Source: Candidatus Scatomorpha gallistercoris (GTDB taxonomy: Bacteria > Bacillota > Clostridia > Oscillospirales > Oscillospiraceae). Taken from it: a stretch of 64,000 nucleotides of DNA. The translations under genes and the position numbers were made by a program. This document shows positions 34,299 through 46,068 of the stretch, piece after piece (the stretch's first letter is position 1; each line of letters opens with the position of its first letter). A model generated the notes under the pieces. That model did not search any database and had not been told where the DNA came from. It was given only the letters and a program-made list of their open reading frames with translations. The DNA lies in assembly GCA_018713005.1 (NCBI GenBank), contig DVFX01000015.1, forward strand, positions 10,699-74,698, read 5' to 3'.

Positions 34299-35561
34299 GT
34301 GAGACCTTACCGTCACTTTTCGGAGGTGACCATCATAGACAGGCAGAAATATGTTGCCGAGCTGGGCAAGCTGCTCTCCGGCATGGCAAGGGCCGACCGC
34401 GAGGCTGTGCTTCGCGGCGTCAACGCGCGCTTTGATGAGGCCGGGGACGACGACGCGGTTATAGCCGCGTTGGGCAGCCCGACATTTGCCGCGGTCAGCG
34501 TGCTTCGCGGATATACCCCGCCGGAGAACCTCGATGAAGAGGACTACCCGGAGGAAGAAGAATACCAATATGCAGAACCGGTCGGAGCGCCCGCGCCGGA
34601 CGAGGGTGTGAACGCCGCGCCGGAGGCCGCTTCAAGCGAGCCGGACGAGGCCTCGCCGGGACAGACTCCGCCGGAGGCGGAAGAAGCGCCCCTGGAGGCT
34701 GCGCCCGAAGAACCCGCCGCCGGGGACGGGACGGTGTACGGGCCCGCAGAGGACGCCGCAGAAGAGCCGGATATTCAAGCCGGGAGCGCGGCAGAGGAGC
34801 CTGCGGACGCCGAAAGCGAAGAGCCGGCTCAGCAGGCCGGGGAAAACGAGGCGTTTAACGCCGCGCCGGAGGCAGAGCCCGGCGAGCCGGACGAGGCTTT
34901 GCCGGGACAGGTCCCGCCGGAGCCGGATGAGGCGCCCATAGAGGATGAAGCCGCTGCGGAAGAGCAGCAGATAACGGAAGACTACGGCGGCGCTGTGCGC
35001 GAGACCGTGGACATAGGCTTCGACACAATCGAGGTGTATTCCGACGCCTCCTCGCAGCCGGAGCCGGATATGCCGGAGCCGGAAGCCGTGGAGTATGAGC
35101 CCGGGGCGGATGAGGCATTTGAGGAAGCTGCGGAGCCGGAGCTCCCGGAGGAGCAGGAAGCTTTTCGCGAGCCGGAGCCGGAACCGGAGATTGAATACAA
35201 TCCCCCGATTGAGGCGGACAGGCCCAAGCTGCGCGGCGGACGTGTCTTTGTCAGCGTACTGCTGGGCATTATACCCGGAATCCCGCTCGCCGTTGTGCTC
35301 ATAGTCCTGGCCCTGGCCATACTGGCCGTGGGCGCGGCGCTCGTTTACGCGGGAGGCGTGTTTATCTCCTTCGCCTTCCTGGGCATGAGCGTGGTGGCGG
35401 ATATACTGCTGACGGTGGGCTTCGGCCTGATTGTCGCGGCTATAGGTCTGCCGGTGGTGTTTCTGGCTGTCTGGTTCTTCCTGCGCTGCGTCGTGGGACT
35501 GTACAGCCGCATGTTTGCAAAAGCCGGCGCGTGGTGCCGTGGGGAGGAGCGTGAAGCATGA
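34299..35561 (+). CDS. DUF1700-like membrane protein with a long acidic Pro/Glu/Ala-rich spacer
   Basis: The N terminus KYVAELGKLLSGMARADREAVLRGVNARFDEAG...IAALGSP resembles DUF1700. There is a low-complexity region of about 230 aa and a C-terminal multi-TM block. The true start is uncertain: GGAGG at 34322-34326 is followed only by in-frame ATC/ATA codons. Confidence 0.55.
   Translation: MRPYRHFSEVTIIDRQKYVAELGKLLSGMARADREAVLRGVNARFDEAGDDDAVIAALGSPTFAAVSVLRGYTPPENLDEEDYPEEEEYQYAEPVGAPAPDEGVNAAPEAASSEPDEASPGQTPPEAEEAPLEAAPEEPAAGDGTVYGPAEDAAEEPDIQAGSAAEEPADAESEEPAQQAGENEAFNAAPEAEPGEPDEALPGQVPPEPDEAPIEDEAAAEEQQITEDYGGAVRETVDIGFDTIEVYSDASSQPEPDMPEPEAVEYEPGADEAFEEAAEPELPEEQEAFREPEPEPEIEYNPPIEADRPKLRGGRVFVSVLLGIIPGIPLAVVLIVLALAILAVGAALVYAGGVFISFAFLGMSVVADILLTVGFGLIVAAIGLPVVFLAVWFFLRCVVGLYSRMFAKAGAWCRGEEREA
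34611..34710 (+). repeat. Internal imperfect duplication, unit 1 (partner at 34857)
   Basis: The sequence AACGCCGCGCCGGAGGC...GAGCCGGACGAGGC..GCCGGGACAG..CCGCCGGAG recurs 246 nt downstream. It encodes NAAPEA..EPDEA.PGQ.PPE. Confidence 0.7.
34857..34956 (+). repeat. Internal imperfect duplication, unit 2
   Basis: See the partner at 34611. Confidence 0.7.
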
Positions 35562-35758
35562 GAAGAGCCTGGAGCATAGTGCGCACGGCAGCGCTGCTGG
35601 CCCTGGCGCTGGGCGTGATACTCTTCGCGCTGGCGCTCGTCATGGACGCCGACCTCGTGCGCATAGCCGACACGGTATTTGCCAACTACGACTTGGCCAA
35701 GGTCATCGTCGCCGTGCGCGACGCCTGGCAGAGCGTACTTAACGTGTTTGGACTTTGA
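35558..35758 (+). CDS. Small hypothetical membrane protein
   Basis: This 66-aa ORF overlaps the upstream stop (ATGA) and has one clear TM helix, AALLALALGVILFALALVM. Confidence 0.45.
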   Translation: MRRAWSIVRTAALLALALGVILFALALVMDADLVRIADTVFANYDLAKVIVAVRDAWQSVLNVFGL

Positions 35759-35816
35759 TTTTCAGGGGGACCCCGCCGGGTCCCCCTTGCCATTACTGTG
35801 GAAAGCGGGTAAATGT

Positions 35817-36533
35817 ATGCGTGAGAGGACGAAAAGAACGGAGATGCTGCTCGGCAGCGAGGCAATCGGCCGTCTGGGAGCGTCGCGGGTGGCCGTGGTC
35901 GGCCTCGGCGGAGTGGGCTCGTGGTGCGCCGAGGCCCTCGCGCGCTCCGGCATAGGCCGCCTCGTGCTCATAGACTCCGACGCCGTAGCCGAGAGCAACA
36001 TAAACCGGCAGCTCGGCGCGCTGCACTCCACACTGGGCAGGCCGAAGGCCGAGGTGCTGGCGGAGCGGCTTCGTGACATCGCGCCCGACGCCGAAATTTT
36101 GCCGGTACAGGCGCTGTACAGCTCCGAAACCCGCGGCGAGGCGCTCCCGGAGGGGCTCGACTACATAGCCGACTGCATAGACCTCGTCAGCTGCAAGACG
36201 GACCTCATCGCCACGGCGGTGCAGAGGGGGATACCCATAATCTCCGCGCTCGGTACAGGCAACAAGCTGGACGCGCAGCAGCTGCGCCTGACGGACCTGG
36301 CGGATACCAGCGGCTGTCCCTTCGCGCGCGTGATGCGCCGGGAGCTTAGGCGGCTGGGCATAGAACACCTGGACGTCGTGTTTTCGCCGGAGCAGGCGCA
36401 CGAGTGCGCCCAGCCGGAGACGCCGCCGCCGGGACGGCGGAGCGTGCCCGGCTCCGTGGCATGGGTGCCTGCCTCGGCGGGGCTGCTCATGGCACAGAAA
36501 ATAGTGCTTGCACTGGCGGGCGCGGAGGGCTGA
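35817..36533 (+). CDS. tcdA: tRNA threonylcarbamoyladenosine dehydratase (ThiF/MoeB-family, TcdA-like)
   Basis: It contains VAVVGLGGVGSWCAEALARSGIGRLVLIDSDAVAESNINRQ. Confidence 0.85.
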   Translation: MRERTKRTEMLLGSEAIGRLGASRVAVVGLGGVGSWCAEALARSGIGRLVLIDSDAVAESNINRQLGALHSTLGRPKAEVLAERLRDIAPDAEILPVQALYSSETRGEALPEGLDYIADCIDLVSCKTDLIATAVQRGIPIISALGTGNKLDAQQLRLTDLADTSGCPFARVMRRELRRLGIEHLDVVFSPEQAHECAQPETPPPGRRSVPGSVAWVPASAGLLMAQKIVLALAGAEG

Positions 36534-36602
36534 GGACCCCGCGCCCGTGCGCTGTAATAGAGAAATGAGCCAAAATCTTTCGCAAATTTGGCATATTTCT
36601 GC

Positions 36603-36631
36603 TTGACAAGGCGGCCGCGTAAGAATATAAT
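36603..36631 (+). promoter_or_regulatory. Perfect-consensus sigma-A promoter (TTGACA-17-TATAAT) ahead of the ANTAR-guaA block
   Basis: The sequence is TTGACAaggcggccgcgtaagaaTATAAT. Confidence 0.75.
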
Positions 36632-36676
36632 ATCTCCGTTATTGAAAGAGCTATGGAGCTTGTATTTTTTGAGCGA

Positions 36677-36740
36677 CGGCGTTCAACGATACCCAAAGGG
36701 CCGAAGTGCCCTCTTTCGGCATCGGGGACGCCGATTTTTG
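36677..36740 (+). terminator. Leader attenuator: T-tract-terminated hairpin with alternative pairings
   Basis: GCCGA (36730-36734) followed by TTTTT can pair with TCGGC (36716-36720). That segment is also complementary to GCCGAA (36700-36705). An outer helix CGGCGT/ACGCCG (36677-82 with 36728-33) is also possible. Confidence 0.5.
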
Positions 36741-36789
36741 CGTTATTAAGCGGTATTCGGCCCCAGGATATTCCAAAGGAGGGCTATGC

Positions 36790-37035
36790 GTGTACACATA
36801 CGAGGACATCAGGAAGCTTGTCGAGGAAATCCGCCTTATGAACCGCGCAAAGCTCATCCTAATCAAGATGCGCGGCATGACCGAGAACGAGGCGCACCGC
36901 TTCATCGTACACAGCGCCATGGACCGCTGCGTCAAGAAACGCCAGGTCGCCGAGGAAATCATAGCTTACCACGAAAAATACGAGGAAAAGAGAGGGACAG
37001 TACAGCATGCCACAGGAAACGGTCATCGTCCTTGA
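36790..37035 (+). CDS. Small stand-alone ANTAR-domain protein (RNA-binding antiterminator domain)
   Basis: It is 81 aa, starting at GTG 36790, 6 nt after AAGGAGGG. The ANTAR pattern is [41 protein letters not shown]. Its 3' end overlaps guaA by 29 nt. Confidence 0.75.
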   Translation: MYTYEDIRKLVEEIRLMNRAKLILIKMRGMTENEAHRFIVHSAMDRCVKKRQVAEEIIAYHEKYEEKRGTVQHATGNGHRP

Positions 37036-38548
37036 CTTCGGAGGGCAGTACAACCAGCTGATTGCGCGCCGCGTCCGCGAGTGCGGCGTCTACTGCGAGG
37101 TTAAGCCCTACACCACTCCCATAAGCGAGCTGCGCTCCATCGCGCCCATAGGGCTTATACTCACCGGCGGCCCGGGAAGCGTATATGCGCCCGACGCGCC
37201 GAAGGCCGACCCGGCCATATTTGAGCTGGGCATACCCGTGCTCGGCATCTGCTACGGCTGCCAGCTCATGGCGCAGTACCTGGGCGGGAGCGTCATACCG
37301 GCTCAGGACGACAGCGCGCGCGAGTACGGCCGCACGGAGACCTTCTTCGACACGGGCTGCACCCTGTTTGCGGGTTTGGACGCCGGGGGCGTCACCTGGA
37401 TGAGCCACGGCGACTACATGGAGCGCGTGCCGGAGGGCTTCAAAAACACCGCCCACACCGCCGTCTGCCCCAACGCGGCCATAGCCGACGAGGGACGCGG
37501 CTTCTACGGCGTACAGTTCCATCCCGAAGTCAACCACACGGAACGCGGCACGGACATGATACGCAACTTCCTCTTCAAAGCCTGCGGGGCCTCCGGCAGC
37601 TGGAGCATGGGCAACTACAAGGAGGAGGCCATAAAGAGCATCCGCGAGAAGGTGGGTTCCGGCAAGGTGCTGCTCGCCCTCTCCGGCGGCGTGGACTCTT
37701 CCGTCGCAGCCGCCCTGCTGAGCGAGGCGGTGGGCGACAAGCTCACGGCGGTGTTTGTAGACCACGGCCTGCTGCGCAAGAACGAAGCCGAGCAGGTTGA
37801 GGAAGTTTTCTCCCACCGCGCGCTGAACTTCGTGCGTGCCGACGCCCGCGACCGCTTCCTCATCAAGCTGGCCGGCGTGACTGAGCCGGAGCGCAAGCGG
37901 CGCATAATAGGCGAGGAGTTCATCCGCGTGTTCGAAGCTGAGGCCAAGAAGATAGGCGCGGTCGACTATCTGGCACAGGGGACGATATATCCCGACGTCA
38001 TAGAGTCCGGCGCGGGCGACGCGGCGGTCATCAAGAGCCACCACAACGTGGGCGGCCTGCCCGACTACGTCGACTTCCGCGAGATAATTGAGCCGCTGCG
38101 CATGCTGTTCAAGGACGAGGTGCGTCAGCTCGGCCGCGAGCTCGGCCTGCCCGAGGAGCTGGTTATGCGCCAGCCCTTCCCCGGCCCCGGCCTCGCCATA
38201 CGCATTATCGGCGACGTCACCGAAGATAAGCTGCACTCGCTGCGTGAGGCGGACGCAATCTTCCGCGAGGAGCTGGCCGCCGCGGGCCTTTCCAAGCTGC
38301 CCGACCAGTACTTTGCCGTCCTGACCGACACCAGGAGCGTAGGCGTCATGGGCGACGGCCGCACTTACGACCACACGCTCGCCCTGCGCGCCGTGGAGAC
38401 AAGCGACTTCATGACCGCGGATTTCTTCCGCCTGCCCTGGGATGTGCTCGACCGCGTCTCGACTCGAATTGTAAACGAGGTGCGCGGCATAAACCGCGTG
38501 GTCTACGACGTCACGAGCAAGCCGCCCGCGACCATCGAGTGGGAGTGA
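37007..38548 (+). CDS. guaA: GMP synthase (glutamine-hydrolysing)
   Basis: The sequence is full length, with the GATase domain (ICYGCQLM) and the ATP-PPase motif SGGVDSSV. Confidence 0.97.
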   Translation: MPQETVIVLDFGGQYNQLIARRVRECGVYCEVKPYTTPISELRSIAPIGLILTGGPGSVYAPDAPKADPAIFELGIPVLGICYGCQLMAQYLGGSVIPAQDDSAREYGRTETFFDTGCTLFAGLDAGGVTWMSHGDYMERVPEGFKNTAHTAVCPNAAIADEGRGFYGVQFHPEVNHTERGTDMIRNFLFKACGASGSWSMGNYKEEAIKSIREKVGSGKVLLALSGGVDSSVAAALLSEAVGDKLTAVFVDHGLLRKNEAEQVEEVFSHRALNFVRADARDRFLIKLAGVTEPERKRRIIGEEFIRVFEAEAKKIGAVDYLAQGTIYPDVIESGAGDAAVIKSHHNVGGLPDYVDFREIIEPLRMLFKDEVRQLGRELGLPEELVMRQPFPGPGLAIRIIGDVTEDKLHSLREADAIFREELAAAGLSKLPDQYFAVLTDTRSVGVMGDGRTYDHTLALRAVETSDFMTADFFRLPWDVLDRVSTRIVNEVRGINRVVYDVTSKPPATIEWE

Positions 38549-38551
38549 GCC

Positions 38552-39178
38552 GTGAAAATCATCGACAAAGAGAGCTGGCCCCGCCGCGAGATATACGAGT
38601 TCTTCGCGCCCGTGTCAGACCCGTTTTATCACCTGACTTTCCCGGTGAATGTGACCAGGCTGCGCGGCAAGTGCAGGGCGGAGGGGCTGAGCTTCTACAT
38701 GGCCATGACCTACGGCATAGTAAAGGCCATGGAGCGCGTGGACGCCTTCCTCTACAAGGACAGGGGCGGCGTCATCGTGAAGCACGAGCGTCTCGTGCCC
38801 AGCTTTACGGATTTGCGCCCCGGCTCCGAGAGCTTCTATATCGTCACGCTGGAGGCCGGCGGGACGCTCGAGGAGTTCTGCCGCGAGGCCAAGGCGAAAA
38901 GCGAGGCCCAGACGGAGTTCATATCCCAGACGGAGTGGGAGCGAGACGAGATGGTGTTCGTCTCCTGCCTGCCCTGGTTCCCAATCTCCGGCTTCAAAAC
39001 GGAGCTGGACCTGGACCCCTGTGATTCCATACCGCGAGTGACCTGGGGCCGCTGGCGTGAAGAGGGCGGCGCGGCATATTTGGATTTGAGCCTGACCCTC
39101 AACCACCGCATGCTCGACGGCGTACACGTCGGCAGGTTCTACGAAGAGCTCACGGCCTGGATAGAAGGACTGCAATGA
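38552..39178 (+). CDS. Chloramphenicol acetyltransferase (CAT, type A-like) family protein
   Basis: The N terminus is IDKESWPRREIYEFF and the C-terminal active-site region is LNHRMLDGVHVGRFYEEL, with the His-x3-DG motif retained. Confidence 0.8.
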   Translation: MKIIDKESWPRREIYEFFAPVSDPFYHLTFPVNVTRLRGKCRAEGLSFYMAMTYGIVKAMERVDAFLYKDRGGVIVKHERLVPSFTDLRPGSESFYIVTLEAGGTLEEFCREAKAKSEAQTEFISQTEWERDEMVFVSCLPWFPISGFKTELDLDPCDSIPRVTWGRWREEGGAAYLDLSLTLNHRMLDGVHVGRFYEELTAWIEGLQ

Positions 39179-39194
39179 CGAAAGGGGGCGCGCC

Positions 39195-41412
<2,218 letters not shown>

Positions 41413-41427
41413 AAAGGAGCTACGCAC

Positions 41428-43254
41428 ATGTGCGGTATAGTAGGATTCACCGGCTCCGTCCAGGCCGCGCCGGTATTGCTAGACGGGCTCAGAAGGCTTG
41501 AGTACCGCGGCTACGACAGCGCGGGCGTCGCCGTCCACGACGGAGAACGCATAGAAATGGTCAAGGCCAGCGGCTCGGTTGCAAACCTGGCCGAACGCAC
41601 TTCGTCGGGCAGCGCTCTCAGCGGGACCTGCGGCATAGCCCACACCCGCTGGGCTACGCACGGCGCTCCCACCGACACGAACGCCCATCCGCATCTGAGC
41701 GAGCACGGGCTCTTCGCCGTCGTGCACAACGGAATAATCGAGAACTTCGCCGCGCTGCGCAGCGAGCTTGAACACGAGGGCTACGTCTTTCGCAGCGAGA
41801 CCGACACCGAGGTCGTGGCGCATCTGCTTGAAAAATACTATGACGGCGACTTCAAACGCACCGTCATGCGCACGGCCGGCAGGCTCGAGGGCAGCTTCGT
41901 TCTCGGCGTGCTCTGCTCGAAGGAGCCGGGCAGGCTCTTCTGTGTCAAGGAGGCCGGGCCGCTGATAGTCGGCCTCGGCGTCGGCGAGAACTTCTTCGCC
42001 AGCGACGTCACCGCCCTGGTGAGCCACACCAAGAACGTCATCTACATGGACGACGGCGAGTTCGCCGAGCTCACGCCGGAGAAGGTCACCGTCTACGACC
42101 GCACGGGCCGCGAGGTCGGCAAGACTGTCTCACACGTCGTTTGGGACATCGAGGCGGCGGAAAAGGGCGGCTATGAGCACTTTATGATGAAGGAGATCAT
42201 GGAGCAGCCCCGAGCCGTCAAGAACACGGTGGAGCCGCGTATCCGCGACGGGAAGATAGTGTTTGAGGACTTCGACCTCACCGCAGAGCAGCTCGCCGGA
42301 TACAACAAGATAGTGATCACCGCCTGCGGCAGCGCCTATCACGCCGGGGTTGTGGGCAAGTACGTCATCGAGGCGCTTTGCCGCATACCGGTCGAGTGCG
42401 AGCTCGCCAGCGAGCTCCGCTACCGCAACCCGATAATCGACGGGCACACCCTGCTAATCGTGGTTTCCCAGTCCGGAGAGACGGCGGACACCATAGCGGC
42501 CATGCGCGAGTGCATGGAGCGCGGCGCGAAGTGCCTCGCCATCGTCAACGTTGTCGGCAGCACTATCGCCCGCCTGGCCGACAACGTCATTTACACCCAC
42601 GCCGGGCCGGAGATAGCCGTGGCCACCACTAAGGGCTACACTACGCAGCTCGCGGCGCTCTATCTCTTCGCAGTCTGGGCGGCGAAGCTTCTCTGCCGCA
42701 TCGACGACGGGCGTTACGCCGAGCTCATCGATGGCCTGCGCACCCTGCCCAGCCTGGTACAGCGCGCGATAGATTTGAACGTCCACGTCAAGTACCTCTC
42801 CGAGCGCTGGCACTCTCTGAGCAGCCTTTTCTTCATCGGACGCAATATAGACTACGCCGTGGCCATGGAGGGCTCGCTCAAGCTCAAGGAGATAAGCTAC
42901 ATCCACTCCGAGGCCTACGCCGCCGGAGAGCTCAAGCACGGTACGATAGCCCTGATAGATGAAAAGCGCCTCGTGGTCGCGCTCTGCTGCCAGGACGCGC
43001 TCTTCGAGAAGATGGTCAGCAACATACAGGAGGTCAAGGCGCGCGGGGCCAAGGTGCTCGGCGTCGCCCCGGAGGGCAACCGGCGCATCTTCGCCGAGGC
43101 CGACGACGTGCTGTATTCGCCCCGCGGCGAGCGGCTCTTCGCGGCCCTGCCCGAGATAGTACCGCTGCAGCTGTTTGCGTACTACGTCGCGAGCGAGAAC
43201 GGCTGCTCCATAGATAAGCCCCGCAACCTTGCAAAATCCGTGACAGTGGAGTGA
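41428..43254 (+). CDS. glmS: Glutamine--fructose-6-phosphate aminotransferase
   Basis: It has the MCGIVG N terminus, two SIS domains and a C-terminal ...KSVTVE. Confidence 0.97.
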   Translation: MCGIVGFTGSVQAAPVLLDGLRRLEYRGYDSAGVAVHDGERIEMVKASGSVANLAERTSSGSALSGTCGIAHTRWATHGAPTDTNAHPHLSEHGLFAVVHNGIIENFAALRSELEHEGYVFRSETDTEVVAHLLEKYYDGDFKRTVMRTAGRLEGSFVLGVLCSKEPGRLFCVKEAGPLIVGLGVGENFFASDVTALVSHTKNVIYMDDGEFAELTPEKVTVYDRTGREVGKTVSHVVWDIEAAEKGGYEHFMMKEIMEQPRAVKNTVEPRIRDGKIVFEDFDLTAEQLAGYNKIVITACGSAYHAGVVGKYVIEALCRIPVECELASELRYRNPIIDGHTLLIVVSQSGETADTIAAMRECMERGAKCLAIVNVVGSTIARLADNVIYTHAGPEIAVATTKGYTTQLAALYLFAVWAAKLLCRIDDGRYAELIDGLRTLPSLVQRAIDLNVHVKYLSERWHSLSSLFFIGRNIDYAVAMEGSLKLKEISYIHSEAYAAGELKHGTIALIDEKRLVVALCCQDALFEKMVSNIQEVKARGAKVLGVAPEGNRRIFAEADDVLYSPRGERLFAALPEIVPLQLFAYYVASENGCSIDKPRNLAKSVTVE

Positions 43255-43259
43255 ATAAA

Positions 43260-44699
43260 GTGAACAAAAACACCTATGAAAGTCCCCTCTGCTCGCGCTA
43301 CGCCTCCGAGCGTATGCAGTACATCTTCTCGCCGGACTACAAGTTCCTCACCTGGCACAGACTCTGGCTCGCCCTCGCGGAGAACGAGTGCGCCCTGGGC
43401 CTTAACGTCACGGCCGAGCAGGTGGAAGAGCTGCGCGAAAATCTGGATATAATCGACTACGAGGCCGCCGACAAATACGAGCGGGCGCTCAGGCACGACG
43501 TCATGGCCCACATCAGGGCTTGGGGAGACCACTGCCCGAAGGCAAAGGGCATCATCCACCTCGGCGCCACGAGCTGCTATGTCGACGACAACGGCGACCT
43601 CATAGCCTATCGCGAGGCCATGCGCCAGATACGCATGCTGCTGGTGAACGCCGTCGCGGCCATTGCGGACTTCGCCGAGGCCAACGCCGACGTGCCAGTC
43701 CTCGCCTACACCCACTATCAGGCCGCCCAGCCTACCACCGTGGGCAAGAGGGCGTGCATGTGGGTGCAGGACCTCATGTTCGACCTCGAGCGCCTGGACT
43801 TCGAGCTCGAGCGCATACCCTTCTACGGCTGCAAGGGCGCGACCGGCACCGGCGCGAGCTTCCTCGCCCTCTTCGGCGGCGACGCGGCCAGGGCCGAGGA
43901 GCTGGAAAGGCGCATCGCAAGCGACATGGGCTTCGAGCGCGTGCTGCCCATCTGCGGCCAGACCTACACGCGCAAGCTGGACTACTACTTCCTCAGCGTG
44001 CTGTCCGGCATCGCCCAGAGCGCGAGCAAGATGGCCACGGATTTGCGCCTCATGGCGCACGAAAAGGAGTTCGACGAGCCCTTCACGGCCTCTCAGGTCG
44101 GCTCGAGCGCGATGGCCTACAAGCGAAACCCCATGCGCTGCGAGCGCATCTGCTCGCTGGCCCGCTATGTGCTTGCAGACGCGCTCAACCCCGCCATAAC
44201 CGCGAGCGTACAGTGGCTGGAGCGCACTCTGGATGACAGCGCGAACAGGCGTATCTCGATACCCGAGGCCTTCCTGGCCACGGACGCCATACTCAGCCTG
44301 GTCATAAACGTCATGAGCGGCTGCACGGTCTACCCGGGCATGATGGAGCGCCATCTGCGCGAAGAGCTGCCCTTCCTCGCAACGGAGAACATACTCATGC
44401 GCGCCGTGGAGCTCGGCGGAGACCGCCAGGAGCTGCACGAGGCCATACGCGAGTACAGCGTGGACACCGCCAGGCGCATGAAGGAGACCGGCTGCGCCAA
44501 CGATTTGGAGGAGAAGCTGCTCGCAGACCCGCGCTTCAAGCTCACGCGCGAGGCGCTTGACGGGATACTCGACATACGCAAGTTCGTGGGTATGGCGCCC
44601 AAGCAGGCGCGCGATTTCGTAAACAACAGCATCAAGCCCATGCTCGAGGCGAACGCCGACGAGCTGTCCAAGGACGGAAAGGGAGAAATAAAATGCTGA
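43260..44699 (+). CDS. purB: Adenylosuccinate lyase
   Basis: The N terminus is YESPLCSRYASERMQYIFS and the fumarate-lyase signature is SSAMAYKRNP. The start is taken at GTG 43260 after GGAG, and GTG 43251 is also possible. Confidence 0.93.
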   Translation: MNKNTYESPLCSRYASERMQYIFSPDYKFLTWHRLWLALAENECALGLNVTAEQVEELRENLDIIDYEAADKYERALRHDVMAHIRAWGDHCPKAKGIIHLGATSCYVDDNGDLIAYREAMRQIRMLLVNAVAAIADFAEANADVPVLAYTHYQAAQPTTVGKRACMWVQDLMFDLERLDFELERIPFYGCKGATGTGASFLALFGGDAARAEELERRIASDMGFERVLPICGQTYTRKLDYYFLSVLSGIAQSASKMATDLRLMAHEKEFDEPFTASQVGSSAMAYKRNPMRCERICSLARYVLADALNPAITASVQWLERTLDDSANRRISIPEAFLATDAILSLVINVMSGCTVYPGMMERHLREELPFLATENILMRAVELGGDRQELHEAIREYSVDTARRMKETGCANDLEEKLLADPRFKLTREALDGILDIRKFVGMAPKQARDFVNNSIKPMLEANADELSKDGKGEIKC

Positions 44700-45961
44700 C
44701 AGCTATTGCAGGTATCAACTGGGGCGACGAGGGCAAGGGCCGCATGGTCGACCTCCTCAGCGCCGACTACAACGTAGTCTGCCGCTACCAGGGCGGAAAC
44801 AACGCCGGTCACACCGTGGTCAACGAGAGGGGCAAGTTCATCCTGAACCTCCTGCCGAGCGGCATACTGCGCGAGGGCGTGACCAACGTCATGGGCCCGG
44901 GCATGGTCATTGACATAGAGCACCTGAAAAACGAGCTCGGCCACATCGCCGCCCAGGGCGTAGTCCCGGACAGAGACGGGCTGCTCATATCCGACCGCGC
45001 CACCATCTGCATGCCCTATCACAAGCTGCTTGACGGCCTGGAAGAGGACCGCCTAGCCGACAAGAAGTTCGGCTCCACCCGCCGCGGTATTGCGCCGGTG
45101 TACGCCGACAAGTACATGAAGAAGGCCCTGCGCATGGGCGACCTGCTGCACCCCCAGGGCTTGAGGGAGCGCCTGCGCGACATCGTGGAGTGGAAGAACA
45201 TTACACTGCGCGGCTACGGCGCCCGCGCCGACGCCGACGAGATGTACGAGTGGCTAATGATAAACGGAGAGCCGCTGCTCGAGCGCATAACGGACACCAC
45301 CGTCTGGCTGCACGACGCCATTGAGAACAAGGGCGCGAACGTCATGTTCGAGGCCCAGCTCGGCGCGCTGCGCGACATAGATTTCGGCATCTACCCCTAC
45401 ACCAGCTCGTCCACTACGCTGGCGGCCTACGCGCCCATAGGCGCGGGCGTCCCGGCGCACAGGCTGGACAAGGTCGTCGGCATCATGAAGGCGTATTCCA
45501 GCTGCGTCGGCGAGGGACCCTTCACCTGCGAGTTCTTCGGCGAGCAGGCGGACAAGCTCCGCGCGCTGGGAGGCGAGTACGGCGCGGCGACGGGCAGGCC
45601 GAGGCGCGTCGGCGGCTTCGACGTCGTGGCCAGCCGTTACGGCGTCAGGGTCCAGGGCGCGACCGAGATAGCCCTCACCAAGCTCGACGTGCTCTCCGGC
45701 TACGGCGACATCCCCGTCTGCACACACTACGAAGTGGACGGCGCCGTAACCGACAACTTTCCCAGCGGCGGCGCGCTTGAGAGGGCCAAGCCGGTCTACG
45801 AGTACCTGCCCGGTTTCGACGGCGACATTTCCGGCTGCCGTAAGTTCTCCGATTTGCCGAAGGCCGCGCAGGACTACGTCGAATACTGCGAGCAGGCCGT
45901 CGGCTGCCGTATAAGCTATGTCTCCGTCGGCGCCGGCCGGGAGCAGATAATAGCCCGCTGA
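44693..45961 (+). CDS. purA: Adenylosuccinate synthase
   Basis: It has the GINWGDEGKG P-loop and GGNNAGHT. Confidence 0.97.
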   Translation: MLTAIAGINWGDEGKGRMVDLLSADYNVVCRYQGGNNAGHTVVNERGKFILNLLPSGILREGVTNVMGPGMVIDIEHLKNELGHIAAQGVVPDRDGLLISDRATICMPYHKLLDGLEEDRLADKKFGSTRRGIAPVYADKYMKKALRMGDLLHPQGLRERLRDIVEWKNITLRGYGARADADEMYEWLMINGEPLLERITDTTVWLHDAIENKGANVMFEAQLGALRDIDFGIYPYTSSSTTLAAYAPIGAGVPAHRLDKVVGIMKAYSSCVGEGPFTCEFFGEQADKLRALGGEYGAATGRPRRVGGFDVVASRYGVRVQGATEIALTKLDVLSGYGDIPVCTHYEVDGAVTDNFPSGGALERAKPVYEYLPGFDGDISGCRKFSDLPKAAQDYVEYCEQAVGCRISYVSVGAGREQIIAR

Positions 45962-46068
45962 TTACGCGCCGTCCACGCGCCCGTATGCGCGCCGGAGGGC
46001 GGCCAAATGTCCGCTTTGCGGACGGACTACAATTATTTGGAGTTGACTGGCCGTAAGGCCGAGAACCT

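Noticed and set aside
36632-36789. I looked for a purine/guanine riboswitch or PurR PurBox upstream of guaA.
   Set aside because: There is no TATAAT...GGATATGG...CCGTAAAT...ACTATG-type purine aptamer. The CCGAA/TTCGG pair lies inside the transcribed hairpin and is spaced wrongly for paired PurBoxes.
41413-41427. I looked for a glmS ribozyme upstream of glmS.
   Set aside because: Only 15 nt, containing the RBS, separate pyrG and glmS. There is no room for the roughly 170-nt ribozyme.
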